Source of the DNA: Chiloscyllium plagiosum
Taxonomy: Eukaryota
NCBI RefSeq assembly: GCF_004010195.1
Contig: NC_057719.1
Span: 2,471,165-2,535,164 of the forward strand
DNA length: 64,000 bases
Direction: 5' to 3'
The stretch's first letter is position 1; every line of letters starts with the position of its first letter. This document shows positions 12,965 to 24,376 of the stretch, piece after piece. The position numbers were made by a program, and so were the translations under genes. The notes under the pieces are model-generated. The model had not been told where the DNA came from, did no database searches, and was given only the letters and a program-made list of their open reading frames with translations.

Positions 12965-14010
12965 TTTTTAAATTATTCATTCATGGGATGTTGGTGTTGC
13001 TGGTTAGGCCAATGTGAGAGGATGCATTTTGGATGGTCAAGTCCAGGTGGAAATTATACAGTGAATGGCAGAACCCTTAGGCGTATTGATGTGCAGAGGG
13101 ATCTGGGTGTGCGGGTCCTCAGATCACTGAAGGTGGCAGTGCCGGGAGATAATGGAGTAAAAAAGGCCTATGCCATGCTTGCCTTCATTGGAAGGGGCAT
13201 TGGGTATCAGGATAGACAAGTCATGCTGCAGCTTTATAGAACTTTAGTCAGGCCACATTTAGAATACTGCATCCAGTTCTGGTCACCACACTACCAGAAG
13301 GATGTGAATGTTTTGGAGAGGGCACAGAGAAGGTTTACCAGGATGTTGCCTGGTCTGGGGGATTTTAGAGATGAAGTAAGGTTGGATAGACTGGGTTTGT
13401 TTTCACTGGAACGCGGGAGGTTGAGGGGTGACCTGATAGAAGCTTAAAAGATTGCGAATGGTGTAGATAGAATGGGAAGTATGAGTCTTTTTTCCAGAGT
13501 GGAAGGTCAGTTACTAGGGTTCAAGGTGTAAGGGGGAAAGTTTAAAAGAGATGTGCCAGGCAGGTTTTTCACACAAAGGGTGGGGAGTGCCTGGAACATG
13601 CTGCCTGAGGAGCCGGTGGAAGCAGACACAATAGCAGCAATCAAGAAGTACCTGGTCGGATACATGAATAGGAGGGGAATAGAGGGATACGGATCCTGTA
13701 AGGGCAGACAGTTGTGTCAGTGCAGGCTTGGAGGGTCGAAGGGCCTGTTCCTAAGCTGCATTGTTTTTGTTCTTATTGCCCACCCAGAGGGCATCCAGGA
13801 GTCAACTAAACTGCTGTGGGTCTGGAGTCACACGTAGGCCAGACCAGATAAGGATGGCAGATTTCTTCCCTAAAGGGCATTACTGACCCAGATGCCATTT
13901 TCCAACAATCGACAATGAATTCATGGTCATCACTTGACTCAATTCAGATCCCCAGAGCATTGTCTGGGTCTGGATTAGCAGTTCTGTGATAATACCACTA
14001 GGCCATCACT
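12965..14010 (-). mobile_element. tRNA-SINE (family sharing its tail with the 1-2640 LINE), split by a CR1 insertion
   Basis: Tail at 12965-13010 and body at 13773-14010 align with the intact copies at 17630-17985 and 50690-51040. Confidence 0.7.
13011..13772 (+). mobile_element. 5'-truncated CR1 LINE
   Basis: ORF 12944-13447 LQLYRTLVRPHLEYCIQFWSPHYQKD, RGDLIE; ORF 13553 FFTQRVGSAWN. Confidence 0.92.
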
Positions 14011-14651
14011 TTCTGGGATCCTGCTCTGGGCCTTTATGGGAGATTTCTCCAACTGCAGGATTTTGGGTACATGGGGCAGGGCGGTCATGTGATAGCAAGA
14101 GCAGGATCTGCTCTGTCTCTATCCGTTCCTGCCACCAGTTTACCTCATCATGAGGTCCTTTAGACTAAGGCCTGATGTAGCATGAGGAACGTGACCTCTC
14201 CTTGGGCATCCAAACACAGGGGGAGAGTAGGCGATGTACAGGGGGAGAGTGGGGGATGTACGAGGGAGAGAGTAAAGACCTGAATTGTGTTGAGGGGCTG
14301 GACTGTACCTGGATTTAACCTTCACCCTGTCTGGAAGTGAGTGGAAACCCAGAGAGGGGAGGGGCTTTGATGGGAGGGAAAGGAATGGTGATAAGAGAAA
14401 TTAAGACAAGCTCTTGTTATTTTGGCAGGTAGTAAAGTGTATTTCCCCTGCCGGCACCCGTTTCTGGTTGTTTGACGCTAACACCATTTTTCCTCCTGCC
14501 CTCTATAACAGTCTCAGGGCTGATGTTTATGGGGCGGGGGAGGGGGGAAATGCCACACGCAAAGGGGAAGTTGAAATGTGATTTCATGTTGGGTTGTTAC
14601 AGTAAAGATTTTCCTTTTCTTTCAGTGTGTTCCCGGGAGTCTGTGGCTAGG

Positions 14652-14678
14652 ATGCTCCCAGGGTTCCCTTTGCAATGA
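14652..14678 (+). promoter_or_regulatory. 8-codon upstream ORF (MLPGFPLQ*) overlapping the GPCR start codons
   Basis: ATG at 14652 has A at -3; its TGA (14676-14678) lies within CAATGATG; it is downstream of the acceptor TTTTCCTTTTCTTTCAG ending at 14625. Confidence 0.55.
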
Positions 14679-15706
14679 TGAACAGCAGCCAAGGTGCGAT
14701 GCTAACCTGTAACATTAGCTACGACCAGGGCACAGTGCCACTGGTCACTGTCTACAGCCTGGTTCTTGCCATTGGGGCCCCTGCCAACCTCGTGACCTTG
14801 TGCCTGTCCTTGGTGAAGATCTGCAGGAAGAACGTCCTGTCTGTGTACCTGTTCACCCTCTCGCTGTCTGACCTGCTCTACATGGGCACCATTCCCCAGT
14901 GGATCCTGTACGTCAAGAACCACAATAAGTGGACGCAGAGCGACACAGCCTGTCAGCTGACTGGCTTCATCTTCTTCAACAACTTGTACATCAGCATCCT
15001 CCTGCTGTGCTGCATTTCCACTGACCGCTGCTTGGTCGTCCTCTACCCCATCGAGTCCCAGTGGCGACGTCGACGAAGGACAGCGGTGATGGTGTGCATT
15101 GGCGTCTGGCTCCTCGTGATGATGGTCCACCTGCCAGTCTTCTTCCTGTCCAGTGTGAAGAGCGCCAAGGAGAAGAACGACTCCTGCTTCGAGACTATCC
15201 CCATGCCCCCGCTCGTGGCCAAGTTCAACTATGCCCGTTTTAGCGTGGGCTTCTGCATCCCCTTGTTCATCCTGGCTCTCACCAACCTGCTGATCTTCCG
15301 AAGGATCCAGGCCAGCCCGTGCCTCAACATCCGTGAAAAGACCAAGGTGAAGTACCTGGCTATCGCCATCATATTGATCTTCCTCGGTTGCTTTGCACCA
15401 TACCACCTCGTCCTCCTCAGCAGAGCCATCGCCTTCTCCCTGTATAAGGACAGCTGCTGGTTTGAGGAAAAGATCTACAACGCCTCCACCCTCTTCCTCT
15501 GCCTGTGCACCATTAACAGTGCCATCAACCCGATTCTCTACATGTTCTCCTGTGAGAGTGTCAGGCAGGAGTTCTGCAGAGAGGTCCAGTCCATCAGGAA
15601 CCACTCCAGTCGCCGGAGCAACAGGACAGAGAGTTACATTCTGAGGAACGGACAGACCTCAGGGACATCTGTGTATAGAATGGAACATATTGCCAGTGAA
15701 AACTGA
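14675..15706 (+). CDS. GPR132: Class A GPCR, G2A/GPR132-like (proton/lipid-sensing OGR1 family), 343 aa, single coding exon
   Basis: Seven hydrophobic segments. G2A-type motifs: GAPAN, NVLSVYL, CCISTDR, ESQWRRRRRTA, YARFSVGFCIP, CFAPYHLVLL, NPILY. High GC3, in-frame stop TAG at 14648 upstream, no disruptions. Orthology versus a G2A paralogue is not resolved. Confidence 0.9.
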   Translation: MMNSSQGAMLTCNISYDQGTVPLVTVYSLVLAIGAPANLVTLCLSLVKICRKNVLSVYLFTLSLSDLLYMGTIPQWILYVKNHNKWTQSDTACQLTGFIFFNNLYISILLLCCISTDRCLVVLYPIESQWRRRRRTAVMVCIGVWLLVMMVHLPVFFLSSVKSAKEKNDSCFETIPMPPLVAKFNYARFSVGFCIPLFILALTNLLIFRRIQASPCLNIREKTKVKYLAIAIILIFLGCFAPYHLVLLSRAIAFSLYKDSCWFEEKIYNASTLFLCLCTINSAINPILYMFSCESVRQEFCREVQSIRNHSSRRSNRTESYILRNGQTSGTSVYRMEHIASEN

Positions 15707-16855
15707 CCCGAGATTGGACTAAGAACTTGCCTTCGCAAACCGACACTTAACATCATCTTGTTCTCATTAAACGCGACTGGATTGCAGAGTAAGCTTCAAC
15801 AGACTCACGTTAGTGGGCAGCTAGGAATGGTGTGCAAATTTCAGCGAGCACACAAAACAGTGGAGTCTTCTGTGTGTTCCATGCTGCCTGGAAGCACCCC
15901 AGCAATTCCGTCTCAGCATTGCTCATGTGCTGGAACCCCTTGTCTTACTACCTCAACCCAGGACCAATGCCCACACTGGGAAGGAGATTGGGGTGAGACT
16001 TGCTCCCAGTCTCACCTGAAGGTCGTCTTGAGACCACTCCAAGTGATGTGAACAGTGTACTGGGACATAGCCTGTGTTTCCAGTGGTTTGTCTGTTACTG
16101 TGGGATTATCGAACTGGGAATCATTGGGAGCGATAATCGACATGGGACGGTGCGACTCCAAAATTGGTCAGAGCAAACCATGTGCCCTGTCAGCAAATCT
16201 CGTGCTTCCTTCAGCCCCTGGGACAATGAGCAATGGTGATGTGGGTCAGTCAGCCTGACTCCAACCACTCCAACATCACTTTGACCAATGTCCATCTGTT
16301 CACTCCTTAATGCCAGCAATAGTCAGGCAATACAGCCTGCCTGAGAGTCTAGTCAAAGAGCAAAGTCAATGTCAAGGATTGTACCTTTGGGATAGTCTGG
16401 ATCAATTCCCAGTTGCTTACAATAGTCAGTGTCCAGAATTCTGTGCAGGTTGGCCATTTCCTTCAGGGAGCTGTGTGCAGCAATGTTATTGAACACTGGG
16501 TGATGATTTGCTCTTTTCACTGGGTACATCTAGTTTCTAGAAGGTTCTTAACAGCCACGAAGCCTGCCATTCAGTGGGACAATGGCTGTCTTTATTTAAA
16601 CTCTCTGAGTTAGCTCAACATCTTTGAACACTGCTGGCCAGCAAAAATCTAAAACTTGCCATTATCCATCGAGTGAACACCAATTGTATTTAATGCACAC
16701 AGTTCACAGATCCTGCCCTTTGAATGAACACACAGTTCCCAAATTCCCTCCTGAATACCGTCACTCTGGGGCCTCAGGCTGTAAGGTCTTAGGAGGTATG
16801 AGCATGATCTTCTTACTCAGTTCCTCAAACCTGCCCCGACATTCCATACAATCTG

Positions 16856-16988
16856 TTCTGCAGAAGGGTCACGGTCTGAAATGTAAGCTTTGTTTTCTGT
16901 CTCCACAGACGCTGCTAGACCTGCTGAGTTCCTCCAGCCATTTCCATTTCTGTTTCGGATTTCCAGCATCTACTGCTCTTTTGCTTTG
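16856..16988 (+). mobile_element. Penelope-type terminal repeat (family B), degenerate hammerhead
   Basis: TTCTGCAGAAGGGTCACGGTCTGAAATGTAA...CAGACGCTGCTAGACCTGCTGAG. Confidence 0.65.
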
Positions 16989-17404
16989 TCAATGCAACCC
17001 AAATTTTGTCGGCTGTACCAGAATTCCATAAAAGATTAAGAATCTATCTCAGCCTTAAATAAACTCAATGATGGGCCAACCACTACTCTCAGGAGCCCTC
17101 AAGATATTTAACAAGTACTTTGATAAGTGTATACAACACCATAGCAGACAAGGTAACAAACCAAGTGCTAGGAACTGGGGTTAGAATAGATGGCTGTTTG
17201 ATGATCAGCATGGCATGATGGGCCAAAGGGCCTCTTTCCTCAATGTAACAACTTTTTATGACTCTCTAGAAAACAGAATTCCAAACATTCACAACAACGA
17301 AGGAAAGAAATTGCTCTTCATCTCAGTGGTCAATGACCTCTAACCTTGGGACTGCGACCCATGCCCTCTATTGTCCAACAAGGGGGCAAACAATCTCTTA
17401 GCTC

Positions 17405-17535
17405 TTGATGGGGACAGTGTAGAGGAAGTTTTACTCTGCTTCTAACCCCATGCTGTCTCTGCTTGGAAGTGTTTGGTAGGGGACAGTGTAGGGGAAGCTT
17501 TACTCTGTATCTAACCCTGTGCTGTCCCTGTCCTG
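17405..17535 (-). repeat. About two units of the 69-bp satellite in reverse orientation
   Basis: GGGGACAGTGTAGAGGAAG..TACTCTG..TCTAACCC repeated; reverse complement of the 23974-24150 units. Confidence 0.75.
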
Positions 17536-17629
17536 AGATGGAACCTTTGGTATCTCACCCTCAGAGTTGTTGGCACAAGCACTGATTATTTCCTTTGTCG
17601 GTTCTGACAATATTGATGTCAACTTAACA

Positions 17630-17985
17630 TTTTTTAATCATTCACAAGATAAGGGTGTCACTGGCTAGGCAGCATTAATTGCCCATCCCTAATTGCCCAG
17701 ATGGCAGGTGAGAGTCACCCATATTGCTGTGGGTTTGGAGTCAAATGTAGGCCAGACCAGCTAAGGATGGCAATTTCCCTCCCCAAAGGACATTAATGAA
17801 CCAGATGGGCTTTCCCGACAATCGACAATGGATTCATGGTCATCATTAGACTCTTAATTCCAGATTTTAAAAAATTCAGATTCCATAATCTGCCACAATG
17901 GAATTTGAACCCAACTCCCCAGAACATTACTTGGATCTCTGGATTAAAGGTTTAGCGATAACATCACTGGACCATCACCTTCCCC
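17630..17985 (-). mobile_element. tRNA-derived SINE with a LINE-derived 3' tail
   Basis: Minus strand has A box TGGTCCAGTGA, B box GGTTCAAATTC and tail GGGCAATTAGGGATGGGCAATTAATGCTGCCTAGCCAG. Confidence 0.82.
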
Positions 17986-18689
17986 ATGAGAAAGTGGAAA
18001 CAAAAATTGATAAGATCATCTGAAAGAACTGAATTGCACAATCAGATACTGTGTGGTGAGGAGTGTCTGAACTGAAGTGTACTACCTTGATTGATTATTG
18101 CTGTATATTCAGATAGAGCACATATTGTAGATAGTGTTATATAAATTCAGCAATGCAATGAGATATCGTTTATCATGGGTTTTAATAAATATCTTCTCAG
18201 GTACTCTGGTCAACCTCTCAGAGATAATGTCTCAGGGACTGCGGTTTGCCTCTTGTTGACTGTGCTTGGATCACATAGAGGTTCAGACACACTTATAAAC
18301 AAGTGCTGATATTGAAAACTCACCAACACTCACCGTCACATACTACTGGCTCAATTACAATAAGAACCACATTAGCCAAGCCCAGTTAATCCTCGGAGCG
18401 TTCCCTCAGGCTGGAAGCTCACTTGATTCAGAGGAAGATCGAGAGGGGATGTCATGGGATTCCTGGACTCTGGTGATGGAGTCTCAATTATGTTCATTAA
18501 TAAGGCCATAAGAAGCAGGAGCAGAAGAAAGCCATTGAGCCCATCAAGTATACTCTACCATTCATTGAGATGTAATAAACCTCCAACTCCACTTTCCTGC
18601 CTTTTCCTTATAACCATTGCTCTCTTCCTGATTAACGGCCAAATGACAACCATTATCTTTGAGACCCCCACAATCTCATGATGCCACAA

Positions 18690-19795
18690 GAATCATGGGC
18701 CATGGGGCAAACTCTTAGGTTAGAGTCGTTCCTGACACATAGGAAGATGGTTGTGATTGTTGGAGGTCAGTCATCTCAGCTCCAGGACATCTCTGCAGGA
18801 GTTCCTCAGGGTAGTGTCCTAGGCCCAACCATCTCTAGCTGCTGCATCAATGACCTTCTCTCCAACATAAGGTCAGAAGTAGGGATGTTTATCGATTATT
18901 GCATAATGTTCAGCGCCATTCGCAACTCTTCAGATAAGGAAGCAGTCCGTGTCCAAATGCAACAAGATCTGGACAATACCCAGGCTTGGGCTGACAAATG
19001 GCAAGTAAACTTTGTGCCACACAAATGCCAGGTGAAGATCATCACCACCAAGACACAATCTAACCACCACCCCTTGACATTCAACAGTGTAACCATCACT
19101 GAAGTCTCCCGCTATCAATATCCTGGGAGTTATCAATGACCAGAAACTCAACTGGACTCACCACATAAACACAGTGGTTACCAGAGCAGGTCAGAGGCTG
19201 GGAATCCTGCAGCAAGTAACTCATCTCCTGACTCCCCAAAGTGTCCACTATCTCCAAGACACAAGTCAGGAGTGTGATGGAATCCTCCCCACTTGCCCTG
19301 GATGGGGGCAGCTCCAACAACACTCAAGAAGCTTGACACCATCCAGGACAAAGCAGCCACTTAATTGGCCCCACATCCACAAACACCCACTCCCTTCACC
19401 ACCAACACTCAGTAGCAGCAGTGTGTACCATCTACAAGATGCACTGCAGAAACTCACCAAAGATCCTCAGACAGCACCTTCCAAACCCACATCCACTTCC
19501 ATCTAGAAGGACAAGGGCAGCAGATACATGGGAACACCACCCCCTGCAAGTTCCCCTCCAAGCCCCTCACCATCCTGACTTGGAAATATATCACCGTTCC
19601 TTCGCTGTCACTGGGTCAAAGTCCTGGAATTCCCTCCCTAAGGGCATTGTGGGTCAACCCACAGCACATGGACTGCTGTGGCTCAAGAAGGCAGCTCACC
19701 CCCACCTTCTCAAGGGGCAACTAGGGGCGGGTAAGAAATGCTGGGGCCAGCCAGCGATGCCCACATCCCACAAAAAGTAATAAATAAATAAAAAG
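18690..19795 (+). mobile_element. 5'-truncated copy of the LINE family at 1-2640
   Basis: ORFs 18678-19139 ([16 protein letters not shown]), 19174-19506 and 19421-19780 are near-identical to 1600-2640; A-rich tail. Confidence 0.92.
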
Positions 19796-20716
19796 AAATA
19801 ATTTCATTGGATCCATATGCTTGGAAGGCTGCTCAGAGCCATCTGCTCACACTGCCCTGATTTATATCACTGTCCCTTGACTGTGGGGCAATGGGTCCAA
19901 ATCCTGGGTCTCCTGAACACTGTTGTGGCTGCTCCTCCAGGTGAAGGGCTGGTTCAAGAAGATGGTCCCTATCTCCCCGGGACAATTAGGGCAGTACCAG
20001 AAAAAGCCCTCGAGCGCTCAGACACTTAGGTGAGTTCTCAGAGGCTGTTGGTTTCCATGGTGGGACCCAACATTGATAGGAAAGGAGTGAGTGAGAAAGC
20101 TGTTAGAGTGGGTGGGGAAACTTAATCAAAAGTACCGGTGTATACTAAATATCAGAAAGTAAGCCACATCACAGGATTTACCAAACTTTGTGCATCAACA
20201 AAGCTAATACCTCTTGTTGAAATTATCACCAGCCTGAGCAAAACCACATATGTATTTCCATAACTATTGTAAGTTCACATCGAATCTGGGTGAATGTAGC
20301 ACATTCAGTCACACGATAATCGGGAATACAGATCCTGCGTCAATATGCTTAATGTGAAACTTGTACCATTTTTAATTGTGTTTTGTTTTGAATAAAGTTA
20401 TTGAGTATTGTCTGCTATTAGTGTCTGATTTCTGAGAGTATCAGATTCCGATCTAAAACTTTTTGTTTCTTAGGCAGGCACCACCTTGATCTATGTTGCT
20501 TTCGAATATTTCTTCAGGAGGATGCATTGAACTTTCAAGAGAGATTATAGAAAAAAAACACAAGCTTGAAATGAAACTGGGCAGGGATGGCAGTACCCAC
20601 CAGGTCTGACCAGCCCTGGGATCCAGCATAGAGTTTCCATGGAGACCCTTCATCAGTATCTCTCCCAATTCCATCCTTAATGTGATCAGCATGGATTCAG
20701 CTCCATCCATACCTCG

Positions 20717-20928
20717 GGAGAAAGTGAGGACTGCAGACACTGGAGATCAGAGTCAAAAAGTGTGGTGCTGGAAAAACACAGCAGGTCAGGCAGCATCTGA
20801 GGTGCAGAAGAATTGATGTTTTGAGCAATGAATGATTGCTGATGAAGAGCTTGTGCTCAAACCATTGACTCTCCGGCTCCTCGGATGTTGCCTGACCGGA
20901 CGTGCTTTTCCAGCACCACTCTTTTCGA
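20717..20928. mobile_element. Hairpin (inverted pair) Penelope-type family A insertion
   Basis: Arms GTGGTGCTGGAAAA..CAGGTCAGGCAGCATC and GATGTTGCCTGACC..TTTTCCAGCACCAC; TSD CTCC(A/G)TCCATACCTCG at 20701-20716 / 20929-20944. Confidence 0.85.
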
Positions 20929-21144
20929 CTCCGTCCATACCTCGCAAGGCAGTTCCATTCCATTTCTTAGCAAGGTTTAATTGGGTTTGCAATCACAGAA
21001 TAGTTGTTCACAGTTCAGGCTTGCGTTGTTTTTCTACAGCATTTTGGTTAGACCTCAGACAGACTTGTCAGCCCAGTTTTGGTTTCCTCAATAGATGGGT
21101 GCCTTGAAATTTTGAAAAGCGTGCAGAGGAGAGACAGTGGACTG

Positions 21145-21450
21145 ATTTGTATTCATTCACAGGATGAGGGTCCCACTGACTAGGCCAGCATTCATTGCCC
21201 ATCCTTGCTTTATTAGAGTCAACCACATTGCTGTGGGTGTGTAGTCACATGTAAGGATGGCAGGTTTTCTTCCCTAAAGGATATTAATGAACCACATGGG
21301 TTTTTCCAACAATTGGCAATGGTTTTATGGTCATCAGAACATTCTTAATTCCAGATATTTTGTACTGAATTTAAACTCCACCATGTCCCATGGTGGGATT
21401 CAAACCCAGGTCCTCAGAACATTAGATTAATAGTCGAATGATAATACAAC
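21145..21450 (-). mobile_element. tRNA-SINE, same family as 17630-17985
   Basis: Shared GAGTCAACCACATTGCTGTGGG..GTAAGGATGGCAG core and GGGATTCAAACCC B box. Confidence 0.78.
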
Positions 21451-21962
21451 TACAACCTGTAACTGGACTGGTCACCCATGTAAACTATCTCAGTAATTGA
21501 AACAGACTTATTGAGTTGAGATGTACAGATCTCGAGGTGGTCTGAATATAAGTCAACAAGACAATAACGTGAACTGATTGTAATCCAGTTGCTAGTTTGT
21601 TCCAATTAATTAGGTTAGTGAGGAGCACAGAGGGTTAAGGGGTTGGGGTGCTGTTGGTGGTCACTGATCTGCTTAGTTAAAGCCAGATCTCGGTTCGATA
21701 TCTGGAGCTGGTGTTTGCTCCCTGAGAACACAGAACCCCTGAGGCAGGCTTGTGGGGGAGCTGCTGATTCACTGAATTCTTTTCAAGTGAGGACAGAGGT
21801 ACTCTAAAGAATTCGGAGCCAGCGTGATCTCCTGGACTGGTATCAAATACTAAGGAGGTCAGAGAGGCTGCTGCAGGCGTTTAACCCCACCCAAACTGCC
21901 TGGGGCTTTTAACCTCTATTTCTGCCGCCCCCATGAAATCTGGGTTGGAGTACTCCTACAGG

Positions 21963-22125
21963 CTTTGGAGACAGTGGGGTCTGCAGATGCTGGAGATCAG
22001 AGTTGCGAGTGTGTTGCTGGAAAAGCACAGCAGGTCAGGCAGCAGCTGAGGCTCATTCCTGATGAAGGGCTCCAGCCCGAAACGTCGATTTTCCTGCTCC
22101 TCAGATGCTGCCTGACTTGCTGTGT
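21963..22125. mobile_element. Hairpin Penelope-type family A insertion
   Basis: TSD TACTCCTACAGG at 21951-21962 / 22126-22137; inverted arms flank a hammerhead core. Confidence 0.85.
22055..22090 (+). ncRNA. Minimal type I hammerhead ribozyme motif
   Basis: ATTC-CTGATGA-A-GGGC(TCCA)GCCC-GAAA-CGTC-GATT; intact core, predicted GUC cleavage after 22086. Confidence 0.7.
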
Positions 22126-22679
22126 TACTCCTACAGGTTACCATGGCCACGTGAGACAGACCGACTGCAGCGTGGGATTGTTACCGGACACAATGTTCAT
22201 ACGTTCCGAAGAAAATCCTGAGCTTCTGGAATCAAGCATACACGCCAATCCGGAAGTTAGATTTTTAATATGAATATTTAATACCTGTTTTAAATATTGA
22301 ATGAATAAATGGACGAGTAAGTGAACAGTAAATGAAAGAGGATGATGCAGTTGACTCAAGCTTCAAACTATTAGCGATTGCTATCGAATTGAGAAAATGA
22401 CTAATTAGAACAAGCGACAGTGATTAAACAAAGCTGAGCTTTTTGTTATCCATTCGTTGGAGGTGGGTGTCGCTGGCTGGGCCCAGCATTTATTGCCCGT
22501 CCCTAGTGTTGCCCCTTGTGAAGGTGGGGGTGAGCTGCCTCCTTGAACTGCTGTAGCCCATGTCCCTTGTTGATCGAAGGTAGTTTGAGCAAGTGAACAT
22601 GCCCTGTCTAATTTTGACAGAGACAGAAACGAGTAAACAAACATTTCTTTCTGAGCTGTGAAAACCAAGTGCAAACAGT

Positions 22680-23675
22680 ACAATAGACACTAGACAATAG
22701 GTGCAGGAGTAGGCCATTCAGCCCTTCGAGCCTGCACCGCCATTCAATATAATCATGGCTGATCATTCCTAATCAGTATCCTGTTCCTGCCTTATCTCCA
22801 TAACCCTTGATTCCACTATCTTTGAGAGCTCTATCCAACTCTTTCTTAAATGAATCCAGAGACTGGGCCTCCACTGCCCTCTGGGGCAGAGCATTCCACA
22901 CAGCCACCACTCTCTGGGTGAAGAAGTTTCTCCTAAGCTCTGTCCTAAGTGGTCTACCCCGTATTTTTAAGCTGTGTCCTCTGGTTCAGCACGCACCCAT
23001 CAGTGGAAATATGTTTCCAACTGCCAGAGTGTCCAATCCTTTCATAATCGTATACGTCTCAATCAGATCCACTCTCAGTCTTCTAAACTCAAGGGTACAC
23101 AAGCCCAGTCGCTCCAGTCTTTCAGTGTAAGGTAATCCCGCCATTCCAGGAATTGACCTCGTGAACCTACGCTGCACTCCCTCAATAGCCAGAATGTCTC
23201 TCCTCAAATTTAGAGACCAGAACTGCACACAGTACTCCAGGTGTGGTCTCACCAGGGCCCTGTACAGCTGCAGAAGGACCTCTTTGCTTCTATACTCAAT
23301 CCCTCTTGTTATGAAGGCCAGCATGCGATTAGCCTTCTTCACTNNNNNNNNNNNNNNNNNNNNNNNNNNNNNNNNNNNNNNNNNNNNNNNNNNNNNNNNN
23401 NNNNNNNNNNNNNNNNNNNNNNNNNNNNNNNNNNNNNNNNNNNNNNNNNNNNNNNNNNNCCATTCCGAAATGGAGCTGTTTATCACTACCCTTTGTTTCC
23501 TATTAGCCAACCAATTTTCAATCCAAACTAGTACTTTGCCCCCAATACCTTGCGCCCTAATTTTACTCACTAACCTCCTGTGTGGGACTTTATCAAAAGC
23601 TTTCTGAAAGTCCAGGTACACTACATCTACTGGATTTCCCTCGTCCAACTTCATAGTTACATCCTCAAAAAATTC
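22680..23675 (-). mobile_element. CR1 LINE RT and 3' end (contains a gap at 23344-23459)
   Basis: Minus ORF 22986-23654 VDVVYLDFQKAFDKVPH...LVRPHLEYCVQFW; short tandem tail near 22680. Confidence 0.93.
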
Positions 23676-24161
23676 AGAGTACGTTGTCCTTCAGTGAATG
23701 GTTTTGTTTCAAATCTAAAATTCACTGCCAACAATGATTTTAATTAACCACAGAATTCACAGGAAACCAGTAGATTAGAAGTTTTCAACAAATAATTAAC
23801 CGCTCTAACTCCTCAAGTAGAGGCACCGATCTCTCTGAAGTTGGCATTTCATTTTCTGGATTAATTTAGTTAGGAAATTGTTGCATTATAATGTTAATCA
23901 CATTATCTTCCTGTAGTCATTTTTGACTCAAAGGTAATTTTCACACATCCTGTTTAGACTGTTACCGAATCAAAGAGTAAATCTCCCTCTGCACTGTCCC
24001 AATCAAACACTCCCAGGACAGGGACAGCACAGGGTTAGATACAGAGTAAATCTCCCTCTGCACTGTCCCAATTAAACACTCCCAGGACAGGGACAGCACG
24101 GGGTTAGATACAGAGTAAAGCTCCCTCTACACTGTCCTTATTAAACACTCTCTGGAAAGGG

Positions 24162-24263
24162 CTGGAAATGTGTTGCTGGAAAAGCGCAGCATTTCCAGCT
24201 CTGATCCTTTTCCAGCAACACATTTCCAGCTCTGATCTCCAGCATCTGCAGACCTCACTTTCT
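24162..24263. mobile_element. 102-bp hairpin Penelope-type family A insertion inside the satellite
   Basis: TSD ACTCTCTGGAAAGGG at 24147-24161 / 24264-24278; arms GCTGGAAATGTGTTGCTGGAAAAG and CTTTTCCAGCAACACATTTCCAGC. Confidence 0.87.
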
Positions 24264-24376
24264 ACTCTCTGGAAAGGGACAGTCTGGGATTAGTCACAGA
24301 GTAAAGCCCCTCTACATTATTCTCATTAAACACTCCCAGGACAGGGACTGCACAAGATTAGTCACAGAGTAAAGCT

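Noticed and set aside
14702..15604. 300-aa antisense ORF overlapping the GPCR
   Set aside because: Codon-aligned shadow of a GC3-rich sense gene; no recognisable domain and no ATG start.
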